This document shows, in pieces, positions 24,636-31,970 of a stretch of DNA of 34,816 nt. Made by a program: the position numbers and the translations under genes. Below the pieces are notes generated by a model, which was given only the letters and a program-made list of their open reading frames with translations, did no database searches and was not told the origin of the DNA. The DNA is taken from the IMG/VR virus record IMGVR_UViG_3300025880_000042; one strand, given 5' to 3'. Each line of letters begins with the position of its first letter. The first letter of the stretch is position 1. The DNA comes from a virus.

Positions 24636-24894
24636 AATCTAATTTAATTTTGTCTGATAAATTTGTTTTCTCTGTTACTGAATAAAAATTCTTTATGAAT
24701 CTATATGTGTCTACTGCTCTATATACACCTGCACATTCTTCATACATCTCTTTTTCTTCCAACTCCTTTAATAGGAACTCAGCTTCGTATAAGCTATCAT
24801 CACCATCGCTATAAGATAGATCGAGCATAGTCATACGATATGCCTCATCTGTTAGCTTCTTCTTTTCTTCATCTGTTAAACTCTCTCTTGACAT
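24619..24894 (-). CDS. Hypothetical acidic protein
   Basis: 91-aa ORF, rich in Glu/Asp. Confidence 0.45.
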   Translation of the reverse strand: MSRESLTDEEKKKLTDEAYRMTMLDLSYSDGDDSLYEAEFLLKELEEKEMYEECAGVYRAVDTYRFIKNFYSVTEKTNLSDKIKLDYDKDS

Positions 24895-25273
24895 CTAAAT
24901 ACTTTTGATAATATACTTTAGTTTGATTGTAAGTGTAACCTTTATAGATACCTCCATTCCACATTCTAACCATCTCTGACTCTTTAGGAAATCTACCATG
25001 CTTCTTTAAGAACACTTCTCTACCATAGCAAATGTAAAGCTTAAATACTTCTTCAGAAGCCTTCTCAGAGAACATCTGATCATGATGATAGTTAGTGCCA
25101 TAAATTCTATTAACATCTTTTAGAACGCTCTCCTGTATCTGCAGGATGCCATAAGACCTTCCATTGTCTCCAATAGAATCAGGATTACTGTTTGTCTCTA
25201 CAACTTTCAGTATAGACATTATAGATGTTAAAGTAGATAGTATGTAAATCTTAAAGGACATCATGTGTAACAT
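24869..25273 (-). CDS. SLT-type lytic transglycosylase with an N-terminal hydrophobic anchor
   Basis: 134-aa ORF. VETNSNPDSIGDNGRSYGILQIQ matches the SLT motif (E-S/T...G..GLMQ). MWNGG resembles the AYN.G motif. The N-terminus FKIYILSTLTSIMSIL is hydrophobic. An ATG at 25261 is also possible. Confidence 0.6.
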   Translation of the reverse strand: MLHMMSFKIYILSTLTSIMSILKVVETNSNPDSIGDNGRSYGILQIQESVLKDVNRIYGTNYHHDQMFSEKASEEVFKLYICYGREVFLKKHGRFPKESEMVRMWNGGIYKGYTYNQTKVYYQKYLDVKREFNR

Positions 25274-26021
25274 AATTTCTAACTGAGTCTTTAGGGTTAT
25301 TCTCTAAGAAGAAATACTTATAGTTGTATATACCTCTTTCTATCTTATCATAGCCTCTCTGAATAAAGTCTGAACTACATTCAAATATACCAATATCTTT
25401 TGTGTCCTTATCTACTACAAGAAATATAAATTCAGTAGCATCAAACAATTCTAAGTACAATGCCGCTTGAAGGTCATAAGAAAAATGCTTTGTACTCCAC
25501 TTAAATTTAGAAAGGTCATTTGTTGTTTTCAGATCAATAATTGTAGATCCCTTCCTCGCATCTGCCTTTCCTCTAATAGCAATACCATCTATCATTTTAA
25601 CTGCAGGTTCTTCAAAGGTGCAACCATCTAATAACTCAGAAGCAGAATCGCAATCCTCAACAGCCTTAGTTATCCAATAAGCATTGTCCATCTCAGACTT
25701 AGTATAAACTGACTCAGCTCCAAACTCCTTTACCGCTTCCTTAAATCCTTTAGTTGCCTTAGTGCCATCTATTATAGTAAGTTCACTCAATCTATGCTTC
25801 TCTAACACGCTTAGATGTATTAACCTACCATCCCTAAGTGGTTGGGCATTACTATTAAATCTTAAAGACTTCTCATAAGCTTTAGGACTCTCAATTAGTT
25901 TCTTCAAGGCAGAGCTACTTAGTGCATGCTTACCTAAGTGTCCATAATAAAATGGATCATGTAACATCTCTTTTAAGATGTCCTTCTCCTGCCATTGTTC
26001 TCCGTTTAATAATGTAATCAT
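25251..26021 (-). CDS. PD-(D/E)xK exonuclease (RecE/Exo VIII-like recombination nuclease)
   Basis: 256-aa ORF. GKADA...IIDLKTT...YDLQAALY fits the D...(D/E)xK...QxxxY pattern of phage recombination exonucleases. Confidence 0.6.
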   Translation of the reverse strand: MITLLNGEQWQEKDILKEMLHDPFYYGHLGKHALSSSALKKLIESPKAYEKSLRFNSNAQPLRDGRLIHLSVLEKHRLSELTIIDGTKATKGFKEAVKEFGAESVYTKSEMDNAYWITKAVEDCDSASELLDGCTFEEPAVKMIDGIAIRGKADARKGSTIIDLKTTNDLSKFKWSTKHFSYDLQAALYLELFDATEFIFLVVDKDTKDIGIFECSSDFIQRGYDKIERGIYNYKYFFLENNPKDSVRNYVTHDVL

Positions 26022-26038
26022 AATAATTGTTTTAATGT

Positions 26039-26161
26039 TTATCTTAATGATGCCTCAAAGCATTGTGTTGAACATTCTCCTGCCTTATCCATAGGCTTTC
26101 CACATACTGAACATTCATAATCCTGCTCTTGTGGTTCTTCTAAGTAATCAAAGTAATTCAT
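26039..26161 (-). CDS. Small zinc-ribbon-like ORF (40 aa)
   Basis: Hand translation: MNYFDYLEEPQEQDYECSVCGKPMDKAGECSTQCFEASLR, with CxxC...CxxxC. It is preceded by a promoter-like box and a terminator. Confidence 0.4.
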   Translation of the reverse strand: MNYFDYLEEPQEQDYECSVCGKPMDKAGECSTQCFEASLR

Positions 26162-26182
26162 ATCTTATGTTTTAATGTTAAA

Positions 26183-26213
26183 CAAATATAAACAAAAATT
26201 GTTAATATTCAAC
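26183..26213 (-). promoter_or_regulatory. Candidate Bacteroidota-type promoter
   Basis: Minus strand reads GTTG-N19-TATATTTG, ending 21 nt upstream of the ATG at 26161 and directly after terminator 26222..26251. Confidence 0.35.
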
Positions 26214-26221
26214 TATGATAT

Positions 26222-26251
26222 AAAAAAAAGGAGAGATTTAATTGTCTCTCC
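26222..26251 (-). terminator. Rho-independent terminator
   Basis: Minus strand reads GGAGAGA-CAAUUAAA-UCUCUCC followed by U8. It overlaps the stop codon of small ORF 26238..26378. Confidence 0.7.
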
Positions 26252-26378
26252 ATTGAATGTAGCATACTGCTCGCCTTTGTTGTATGTTAGGGTATTCCCT
26301 AAGCATAACATCATCAGCCATACACCTGCTCATAAAATCCTTTTGCATCTCATCTTCTCGTGGTATTGGTAGTGGCAT
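26238..26378 (-). CDS. Small ORF (46 aa)
   Basis: Hand translation: MPLPIPREDEMQKDFMSRCMADDVMLREYPNIQQRRAVCYIQWRDN. It starts 2 nt after the upstream stop. Confidence 0.45.
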   Translation of the reverse strand: MPLPIPREDEMQKDFMSRCMADDVMLREYPNIQQRRAVCYIQWRDN

Positions 26379-26380
26379 AA

Positions 26381-26650
26381 TTATCTGTCTTTATAGTTAT
26401 AGCTGTATGGACTTACATGTCCATCTTTAAAGTCTTCTGCTTCTTTGTTTCTATTCTCCCTAACATAAGCTATCTCTCTTTCTATGTAATCTTTAGCTTT
26501 GTAAAGGTCCTGAAGCTCATCATCCTTCTTACCTGCTCTCGCTATGTACTTAACCACATTGCCTCTGTTGAAATTTAGCTTGTAATGATTGCAGACATCT
26601 ATAATGTCATAATCTCCTGTAGCTTCGTAGTGTATTGCGTTTCCTCTCAT
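26381..26650 (-). CDS. DUF3310-like phage protein
   Basis: 89-aa ORF. FNRGNVVKYIARAGKKDDELQDLYKAKDYIEREI matches the DUF3310 signature (GN..KYi.R...K...edL.KA..Y). Confidence 0.6.
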   Translation of the reverse strand: MRGNAIHYEATGDYDIIDVCNHYKLNFNRGNVVKYIARAGKKDDELQDLYKAKDYIEREIAYVRENRNKEAEDFKDGHVSPYSYNYKDR

Positions 26651-26651
26651 A

Positions 26652-27017
26652 TTAATCTATTCTTAAAAATTCAGCGGCTGCATGCTCTGCAAACCACTCT
26701 TTGTTTTCATTATACTTATCTATTACTGCGTTCATCATAACAAGCTCATCTATATTACCTCCCTTGATCTTATCAATCAAAGACTCTATAGAGTTTAAGA
26801 TGTTTGTTACCATCTCAGGATCTGTAGAGTAGATCTCATCATAACCCTGCTTTATGGTAGACTCTAACGAGTTGTTAAGTCTGTTATACATTTGTTTAAT
26901 GTTCTGTCTGTAGGTGGTAGTTAGAATAAGTTTGTCATTCGCCTCCAACCATAGTTGACCTATAAGCATCGACTTTAAGTAAGCTAACTGTACAGGATTT
27001 GTCTTTGTTTCTTCCAT
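26652..27017 (-). CDS. Hypothetical protein
   Basis: 121-aa ORF starting 1 nt after the upstream stop. Confidence 0.5.
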   Translation of the reverse strand: MEETKTNPVQLAYLKSMLIGQLWLEANDKLILTTTYRQNIKQMYNRLNNSLESTIKQGYDEIYSTDPEMVTNILNSIESLIDKIKGGNIDELVMMNAVIDKYNENKEWFAEHAAAEFLRID

Positions 27018-27020
27018 AGT

Positions 27021-27671
27021 TTAAAATATAATATTAATTTTCATTGCTAACATAGTGTTTATTTGATTAAAAACATAATCTTTATCATAAAATTCATCTC
27101 CATCGTAGTAAATTATTATGTGAGGTACACTATACTTCTCTCTATAAGCTTCTGCCTGCTTTTGATGATTCTCCTTAGCCTGCATCTGATAAGAACTATT
27201 CATCTTCTTATAACTTATTGGCTTGATCTGTATTCCAAATAATAACTGACCAAAAGAATAAGCCTCCCAATCTGTAAAGTACTGTTCATCTAATTCGTAG
27301 TTTGTCTTAACAAAGTCTGCGTTTAAGAACTCCCTACTTAATATACCAATCAAATGCTGCTCCTTAGCCATGCCATTCCAAGTTTGACCTACAACTCTAA
27401 AGTAAACATAGTTCTTAGCATAAGCCTCGGAGCAATCATACTCCTCAATTATATAATTAGCTATGTCTTCAAGAACGCTCTTATGTATAGTTTTTAAGTA
27501 AAACTTACTCCAATCATCCTTGTTAACATTTCCTTCAACACTATGATAGTAGTTATCATATATCTGAGTGCATTTACCTACATTTGATGATCTAAACTTC
27601 CTTGATAGCTTAGAATCTTTATTTAGCTTAGAATAAAGTGTTTTAGGTATATTTGATTCAAATAACTCCAT
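27021..27671 (-). CDS. Hypothetical protein (possible PD-(D/E)xK-like nuclease fold)
   Basis: 216-aa ORF. TDWEAYSFGQLLFGIQIKP is loosely D/E...xK-like. The fold assignment is weak. Confidence 0.4.
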   Translation of the reverse strand: MELFESNIPKTLYSKLNKDSKLSRKFRSSNVGKCTQIYDNYYHSVEGNVNKDDWSKFYLKTIHKSVLEDIANYIIEEYDCSEAYAKNYVYFRVVGQTWNGMAKEQHLIGILSREFLNADFVKTNYELDEQYFTDWEAYSFGQLLFGIQIKPISYKKMNSSYQMQAKENHQKQAEAYREKYSVPHIIIYYDGDEFYDKDYVFNQINTMLAMKINIIF

Positions 27672-28094
27672 CTACTTGTATTCGTTCATCAAAGTTTTTA
27701 ACTCATTGTAGGTAGACATAAAGCATCTGCCGCAAGAGGTAGTCTTTTTGTTTTGATGGAACACTCTATTGTATATCTTATTCATTTTCATTTGTTGAGC
27801 AGAAGGTATGGTAGTATCACCTACTTTAAATACTTCATCAAGGTAATTGTACTCCTCTTCTGTCAAACACTCAGGTTGCTTATATCTGAATAATTTATTT
27901 AGCTTTTCCTTGCGAGCATCGCACCCACAGTCTTCACCTGCAATAAACTTAACAGCCTTCTTAATTCCTGTAGCTTCTGTGATCTTCTCTACAGTATCTC
28001 CAAGTCCTTTAGACTCTTCTGATTGTTTAGCTTCAAACTTAGCCTTCCACTCTCTGTAGGCTTTGGTTCTTTTGTCTCCTTTAAATTCTTCCAT
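27672..28094 (-). CDS. Cys-containing protein directly downstream of the sigma factor (anti-sigma/partner candidate)
   Basis: 140-aa ORF containing EDCGCD and HQNKKTTSCGRC (CxC and CxxC). It starts 2 nt after the sigma-factor stop. Confidence 0.45.
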   Translation of the reverse strand: MEEFKGDKRTKAYREWKAKFEAKQSEESKGLGDTVEKITEATGIKKAVKFIAGEDCGCDARKEKLNKLFRYKQPECLTEEEYNYLDEVFKVGDTTIPSAQQMKMNKIYNRVFHQNKKTTSCGRCFMSTYNELKTLMNEYK

Positions 28095-28096
28095 GA

Positions 28097-28660
28097 TTAG
28101 TTTTTATTTATTAAATGATAGTCTCCGTTATAAAAGTCAAGGACATCTTCTTCAAACTTGTCCTTTAGTATTTTCTTATAATTCTTCACAGAGTTAAAGA
28201 TAGAGGTTAAGCTGATCTTACTTCCTGTAGCTATATCTCTCAAAGATAGATTAGATTTGTAGTATGTGTTGCACAACTTAGCATCGTACAAGTGCCAAGA
28301 GTTTATCTCTTCTGTAATACTACTCATTAACTTAGTGAAAGCCTGATCCTTTTCGAGGTCTGTCATGTCGTTAATAAACATCTCATCTTCATCATCTTCC
28401 TTGTCAGTCTCTATATACTCAAAGAAAGTATATTTATTTTTAGCTTTCCTGTAATCTATGTAAAGGTTTTTAAGTGTTACAAATACATAAAACCTATTAA
28501 CCTCTTCATCATTGTACATTATTTTATTCTCATCAGATATAAGTCTATGCAGTTTAATGTACATTTCTTGCACAATATCCTCCGCAACATCTTTAGAGCA
28601 ACCCATGTTTATAACCATCTTCAGCCACAACAAGTGTTCTTTAGCTAATAGTTCTAACAT
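28097..28660 (-). CDS. Phage-encoded sigma-70 family (ECF-like) sigma factor
   Basis: 187-aa ORF. It has a region-2-like segment (VAEDIVQEMYIKLHRL...FYVFVTLKNLYIDYRK) and a region-4 HTH-like segment (LSLRDIATGSKISLTSIFNSVKNYKKIL). Confidence 0.6.
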   Translation of the reverse strand: MLELLAKEHLLWLKMVINMGCSKDVAEDIVQEMYIKLHRLISDENKIMYNDEEVNRFYVFVTLKNLYIDYRKAKNKYTFFEYIETDKEDDEDEMFINDMTDLEKDQAFTKLMSSITEEINSWHLYDAKLCNTYYKSNLSLRDIATGSKISLTSIFNSVKNYKKILKDKFEEDVLDFYNGDYHLINKN

Positions 28661-28831
28661 TTACTCTCTATCTCTTTTAATTAGAATGTACATTGCAAAT
28701 ATCAAGAAATGAAATCTCAATAGGTCATACTGAGCTTCATCTAAATCATCTACCCCATCAGGAGTAATATCATAAACATAATCAATTCCTAAAATAAGAC
28801 CATAAAGAGCCTCGAAGCTTACTACTAACAT
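28661..28831 (-). CDS. Small ORF (56 aa) with a hydrophobic C-terminal segment
   Basis: Hand translation: MLVVSFEALYGLILGIDYVYDITPDGVDDLDEAQYDLLRFHFLIFAMYILIKRDRE. It starts 1 nt after the upstream stop, and its TAA abuts the sigma ATG (TAAATG). Confidence 0.45.
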   Translation of the reverse strand: MLVVSFEALYGLILGIDYVYDITPDGVDDLDEAQYDLLRFHFLIFAMYILIKRDRE

Positions 28832-28832
28832 A

Positions 28833-29282
28833 TTATTTTTGTTTGGTGGTTTTTATCAATTCTATAGTCTTATCGCACTCAGATTGATTCTGTGGCTTAT
28901 ATAGAGTATAGTTAGGGTATTTCTCAGATATAAGCTTCTTAAATAGCTTCCATCTCATTGGAAAGCTCTCATTAGCCCTACCCTTGGTTTCTATAATAAA
29001 ACCATCCCCAATAAAGTCAGGGGTGTACTTAATAGGTAGGACTTTCTTAGACCCTCTATTTCTATACTCCCCTTTCCCATTAGATTGTCTCTCATAGGAT
29101 TCATTTGCTAATTCAAAACCCTGCACAAGGACAAATTGTTCTCCTTCATATTCAGCTTTTATTTTAGCCTTTTTTAGAGCCATATACATATACCGCTCAA
29201 GACCTGAAGCAAAAGTAATTCCATCGTAAGTTATCTTCTTAGATTGTACAGGACCTCTCTTCTTACTTTTACCTCTTCTCAT
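28833..29282 (-). CDS. PD-(D/E)xK nuclease, DUF1064-like (resolvase/recombination endonuclease candidate)
   Basis: 149-aa ORF. ITYDGITFASGLE...KYTPDF...FIIETKG fits the DUF1064-type D...ExK arrangement. Confidence 0.45.
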   Translation of the reverse strand: MRRGKSKKRGPVQSKKITYDGITFASGLERYMYMALKKAKIKAEYEGEQFVLVQGFELANESYERQSNGKGEYRNRGSKKVLPIKYTPDFIGDGFIIETKGRANESFPMRWKLFKKLISEKYPNYTLYKPQNQSECDKTIELIKTTKQK

Positions 29283-29285
29283 ATA

Positions 29286-30134
29286 TTATACTACTTTAAC
29301 CACATTCATTCCCTCTAAAGGGTCGTAAAGATCTCCTACTACCTGCGGAAGACCATGCTCATTAACACTAAAAGAAAACTTCTCAAATGGGAAGCTTCTA
29401 CTTCTTTTACACATAACAGTTACCATATTCTCATGCTTTGTGTTTGCCTCTAACAATATCTGACACTCGGTCTTCTTCTCGAGGAAGGATCCAAGGTGTC
29501 CTGTGGGTTTGTCGCTACCAAAGTTACTATGAATAACTGTAATAATGTGTATGTTTAATTCTTGTGTCCATTTCATTAGGTACTGAACAACTGAAGATGA
29601 TTCTTCTATATTGTTCACATCAGAACATAAATCTGCAATTCCATCTAAAATTAACACTCCTAAATTTTCTACTTTATTATATAAATAATAATCTATAAAA
29701 GCTAACCTCTCTTTATAGCTATATTGTCTTAGAGCAAAGGTATGGTAGTTATCAAAACTATCCCTACCTGATATATCAAATGGTCTTCTAAACACTTTAG
29801 AGGCATGGAATTTTCCCTGCTCTGTATCTACATGTAACAACCCCCTTCCCTCTCTATGCCCTCTCATCTTACCTCCAAAAGAAACCTGATCATTCAAGTA
29901 AACACTACTCATTAAAGATATTAAAAAGGTCTTACGAGTTTTAGGAGGTCCATACACGAAACTGAAGTTACCATAAGTTCCAAGTGGTATAGGATATGTT
30001 TTTCCACCCATCATTGTCTCGCCCATTGATATAGCTACAGGTGGATGCTCTACCTTTTCAAAGGGGTTAACTTTACCATTTTTATCAATCTCTTCAAATA
30101 ACTTATAATCTTTCTCAGTATATTCATTGCTCAT
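29286..30134 (-). CDS. RecA-fold ATPase (DnaB-C / AAA_25-like; helicase or loader candidate)
   Basis: 282-aa ORF. It has a P-loop-like motif (VYGPPKTRKTF, with Arg where Gly is usual), a Walker B motif (GVLILDGIADL) and then ITVIHSN. Confidence 0.5.
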   Translation of the reverse strand: MSNEYTEKDYKLFEEIDKNGKVNPFEKVEHPPVAISMGETMMGGKTYPIPLGTYGNFSFVYGPPKTRKTFLISLMSSVYLNDQVSFGGKMRGHREGRGLLHVDTEQGKFHASKVFRRPFDISGRDSFDNYHTFALRQYSYKERLAFIDYYLYNKVENLGVLILDGIADLCSDVNNIEESSSVVQYLMKWTQELNIHIITVIHSNFGSDKPTGHLGSFLEKKTECQILLEANTKHENMVTVMCKRSRSFPFEKFSFSVNEHGLPQVVGDLYDPLEGMNVVKVV

Positions 30135-30244
30135 GTCTTTTGTCTTTGTCTTAATTTGTCTTTGTAATAAAAATAAAACCCTGAAATCACTTACTCCCCA
30201 AGTTGTAACACAGGAATAAATAATAACAGGGTTTATTGTTTAGA

Positions 30245-30562
30245 TTAGAATGGTAAACCACTATCATCTACAGATACAGGAGCTGCTTTCTGTTGTGCAG
30301 GTGCGGCATTTTCATCCTTCTCCGCTAAAACAATATTCCCATCTGTCCAAAATACTTTTCCATTTCCTAAGTATTCTTTAGGCTTCTTAGCCTCTCTTTC
30401 TTCTTGTGTTTGTGAATCAAATACAGAAACATTATTTCCATACTTAGAATCATCATTGATAGCCATTGTAAAGTTATAATATACTTTACCATTTTTACCT
30501 TTAGTAAACTTCTCTTTTGGAAGAGATGCTACATCAATACTTACGCTTAATAAACTTGCCAT
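30245..30562 (-). CDS. Short SSB-like protein with a canonical acidic C-terminal tip
   Basis: 105-aa ORF between erf and the ATPase. It ends in VSVDDSGLPF, compared with the bacterial SSB tip DDDIPF. Confidence 0.45.
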   Translation of the reverse strand: MASLLSVSIDVASLPKEKFTKGKNGKVYYNFTMAINDDSKYGNNVSVFDSQTQEEREAKKPKEYLGNGKVFWTDGNIVLAEKDENAAPAQQKAAPVSVDDSGLPF

Positions 30563-30586
30563 TGTAATAAAATTTAAAATTAATAA

Positions 30587-31168
30587 TTATGCTAATAATT
30601 TAGCTTCAACTGCTTTTGATATACTGTATTTCTTTTTAATGTCTGCGACACTATTACCTGCTTTTACATACGTTTGTGCTTTAGCAAACTCAGGAGTTCC
30701 TTCATTTAACCAAGGCTTCTTAACTAATGTAGTTGCAGGACCTTTTCCATGATCGTTTGTCGCATCACTATCTCGCGTGTCATCTATAAGAAAAATGCCG
30801 TTGAGACAGTACTTCCGAGCATAAGAAGAGCTACTTCCGAAAGATTGGGCTATATCCATTCCCTTTCTGTTAGGATCAATACCTGCTTGTGCTTTAGCTT
30901 CTACACTTCCATCGGGTGCATGTAATATAGCTCTTGCTTCTACAAAAACTAATCCACCTACTTCTTTAATCTCATCTGTAATAGTTAATGATAAACCATA
31001 CTTGTTTAAAAGCGGTTTAACGGCTTCTAAGATGTCTTCTTGATTTCTGTAACTATATTTACCAAAAGAATTATATTGGCTCTTAGGAGCTTTTAATTCA
31101 TTCTGAATAGCTACGACTCTACCATGAAAGGTAAGGTCTTCTACTTTTGTTGTTGTTTTCTTTGCCAT
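30587..31168 (-). CDS. erf: Erf-family single-strand annealing protein
   Basis: 193-aa ORF. FGKYSYRNQEDILEAVKPLLNKYGL...QSFGSSSSYARKYCLNGIFLI matches the ERF signature (Y.Y...e.v...v.p.L...Gl ... G...TYaRRY.l..l.gi). Confidence 0.75.
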   Translation of the reverse strand: MAKKTTTKVEDLTFHGRVVAIQNELKAPKSQYNSFGKYSYRNQEDILEAVKPLLNKYGLSLTITDEIKEVGGLVFVEARAILHAPDGSVEAKAQAGIDPNRKGMDIAQSFGSSSSYARKYCLNGIFLIDDTRDSDATNDHGKGPATTLVKKPWLNEGTPEFAKAQTYVKAGNSVADIKKKYSISKAVEAKLLA

Positions 31169-31194
31169 AATTGTTTGTTTTGTTTAAACTTTGT

Positions 31195-31202
31195 CAAATA
31201 TA
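31195..31202 (-). promoter_or_regulatory. TATATTTG (-7-type box) upstream of erf
   Basis: The box ends 26 nt upstream of the ATG at 31168. The -33 element is weak (TTTT). Confidence 0.3.
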
Positions 31203-31232
31203 ATGTATTTATTGTTAATAAAAAAATAATAT

Positions 31233-31484
31233 CTAAGTTTTATTGCATTTCATCTTTAGGGTTTCTAACTCTGTCTGTGTGTCATGAAGCTTTTTATATA
31301 GTAATCTATTCTCCATGTCTATTGAATCCTGCTTGTTAAATAGTTGGTTAGTGAACAAGAACATTTTGTCGTGCAAGCTAATCATGTTTTTAACTACTTT
31401 ATTATTAGGATCTTTAGCTAATCCATCTTTAAGAATGTTGTTTAGCTCCATGAACATCTCTAAATAACTATCCCTCGAATACAT
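31233..31484 (-). CDS. Hypothetical coiled-coil protein
   Basis: The track ORF begins at GTG 31487. ATG at 31484 is the likelier start. Confidence 0.5.
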   Translation of the reverse strand: MYSRDSYLEMFMELNNILKDGLAKDPNNKVVKNMISLHDKMFLFTNQLFNKQDSIDMENRLLYKKLHDTQTELETLKMKCNKT

Positions 31485-31641
31485 CACCCTTAACTATTCT
31501 TTTATAATCTTCAGGACAATCCTTATCACATAACTCATATATATATGTGGTAAGTTTCTCATTCCTTAATTCAAGCTCCTCTACTCTATTCAGTAGCGCT
31601 TCAATTCTTGCTTCTTTGTAACTTAATAAATCGTGGCTCAT
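31468..31641 (-). CDS. Small ORF (57 aa)
   Basis: Hand translation: MSHDLLSYKEARIEALLNRVEELELRNEKLTTYIYELCDKDCPEDYKRIVKGDVFEG. Confidence 0.45.
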   Translation of the reverse strand: MSHDLLSYKEARIEALLNRVEELELRNEKLTTYIYELCDKDCPEDYKRIVKGDVFEG

Positions 31642-31652
31642 ATTTTTATTGT

Positions 31653-31820
31653 TTACTCATCAAAAAATTCCTTTACTTGGTCTGTATTCCAAGCTGCTGC
31701 TAATGTTATTTGTCTTAACAGGTCTATATATTCTGTGAAAGATATATCTGAATGGTCTACTTCTACCGAGTATTTATACTCGTACTGTTCTATTGTTATT
31801 CTGTAAGGTTGTTTTTTCAT
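31653..31820 (-). CDS. Small ORF (55 aa)
   Basis: Hand translation: MKKQPYRITIEQYEYKYSVEVDHSDISFTEYIDLLRQITLAAAWNTDQVKEFFDE. It has an ATGA overlap with the upstream ORF. Confidence 0.45.
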   Translation of the reverse strand: MKKQPYRITIEQYEYKYSVEVDHSDISFTEYIDLLRQITLAAAWNTDQVKEFFDE

Positions 31821-31969
31821 AACTCTGTTTTTATATCTAATGTTGGATATGCTTCTGCATACTTTTTCTCTTCAGATAAATGCCTTCCTCTATCTGACCT
31901 TTCGGGAGGGGTCAATCCTGTTATTGGATTTAACCCCATATCCCACCAAGGTTCTGCTAACTTACTCAT
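31817..31969 (-). CDS. Small ORF (50 aa)
   Basis: Hand translation: MSKLAEPWWDMGLNPITGLTPPERSDRGRHLSEEKKYAEAYPTLDIKTEL. It starts 1 nt after the ParB-like stop. Confidence 0.45.
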   Translation of the reverse strand: MSKLAEPWWDMGLNPITGLTPPERSDRGRHLSEEKKYAEAYPTLDIKTEL

Positions 31970-31970
31970 A

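Noticed and set aside
30177-30234. Long hairpin (AAACCCTG ... CAGGGTTT, 42-nt loop) followed by a U-rich stretch after the SSB-like gene, considered as a terminator or riboregulator.
   Set aside because: The stem is only 8 bp and encloses a large, poorly paired loop. The U-tract is interrupted. This is too weak to call without folding energetics or conservation.
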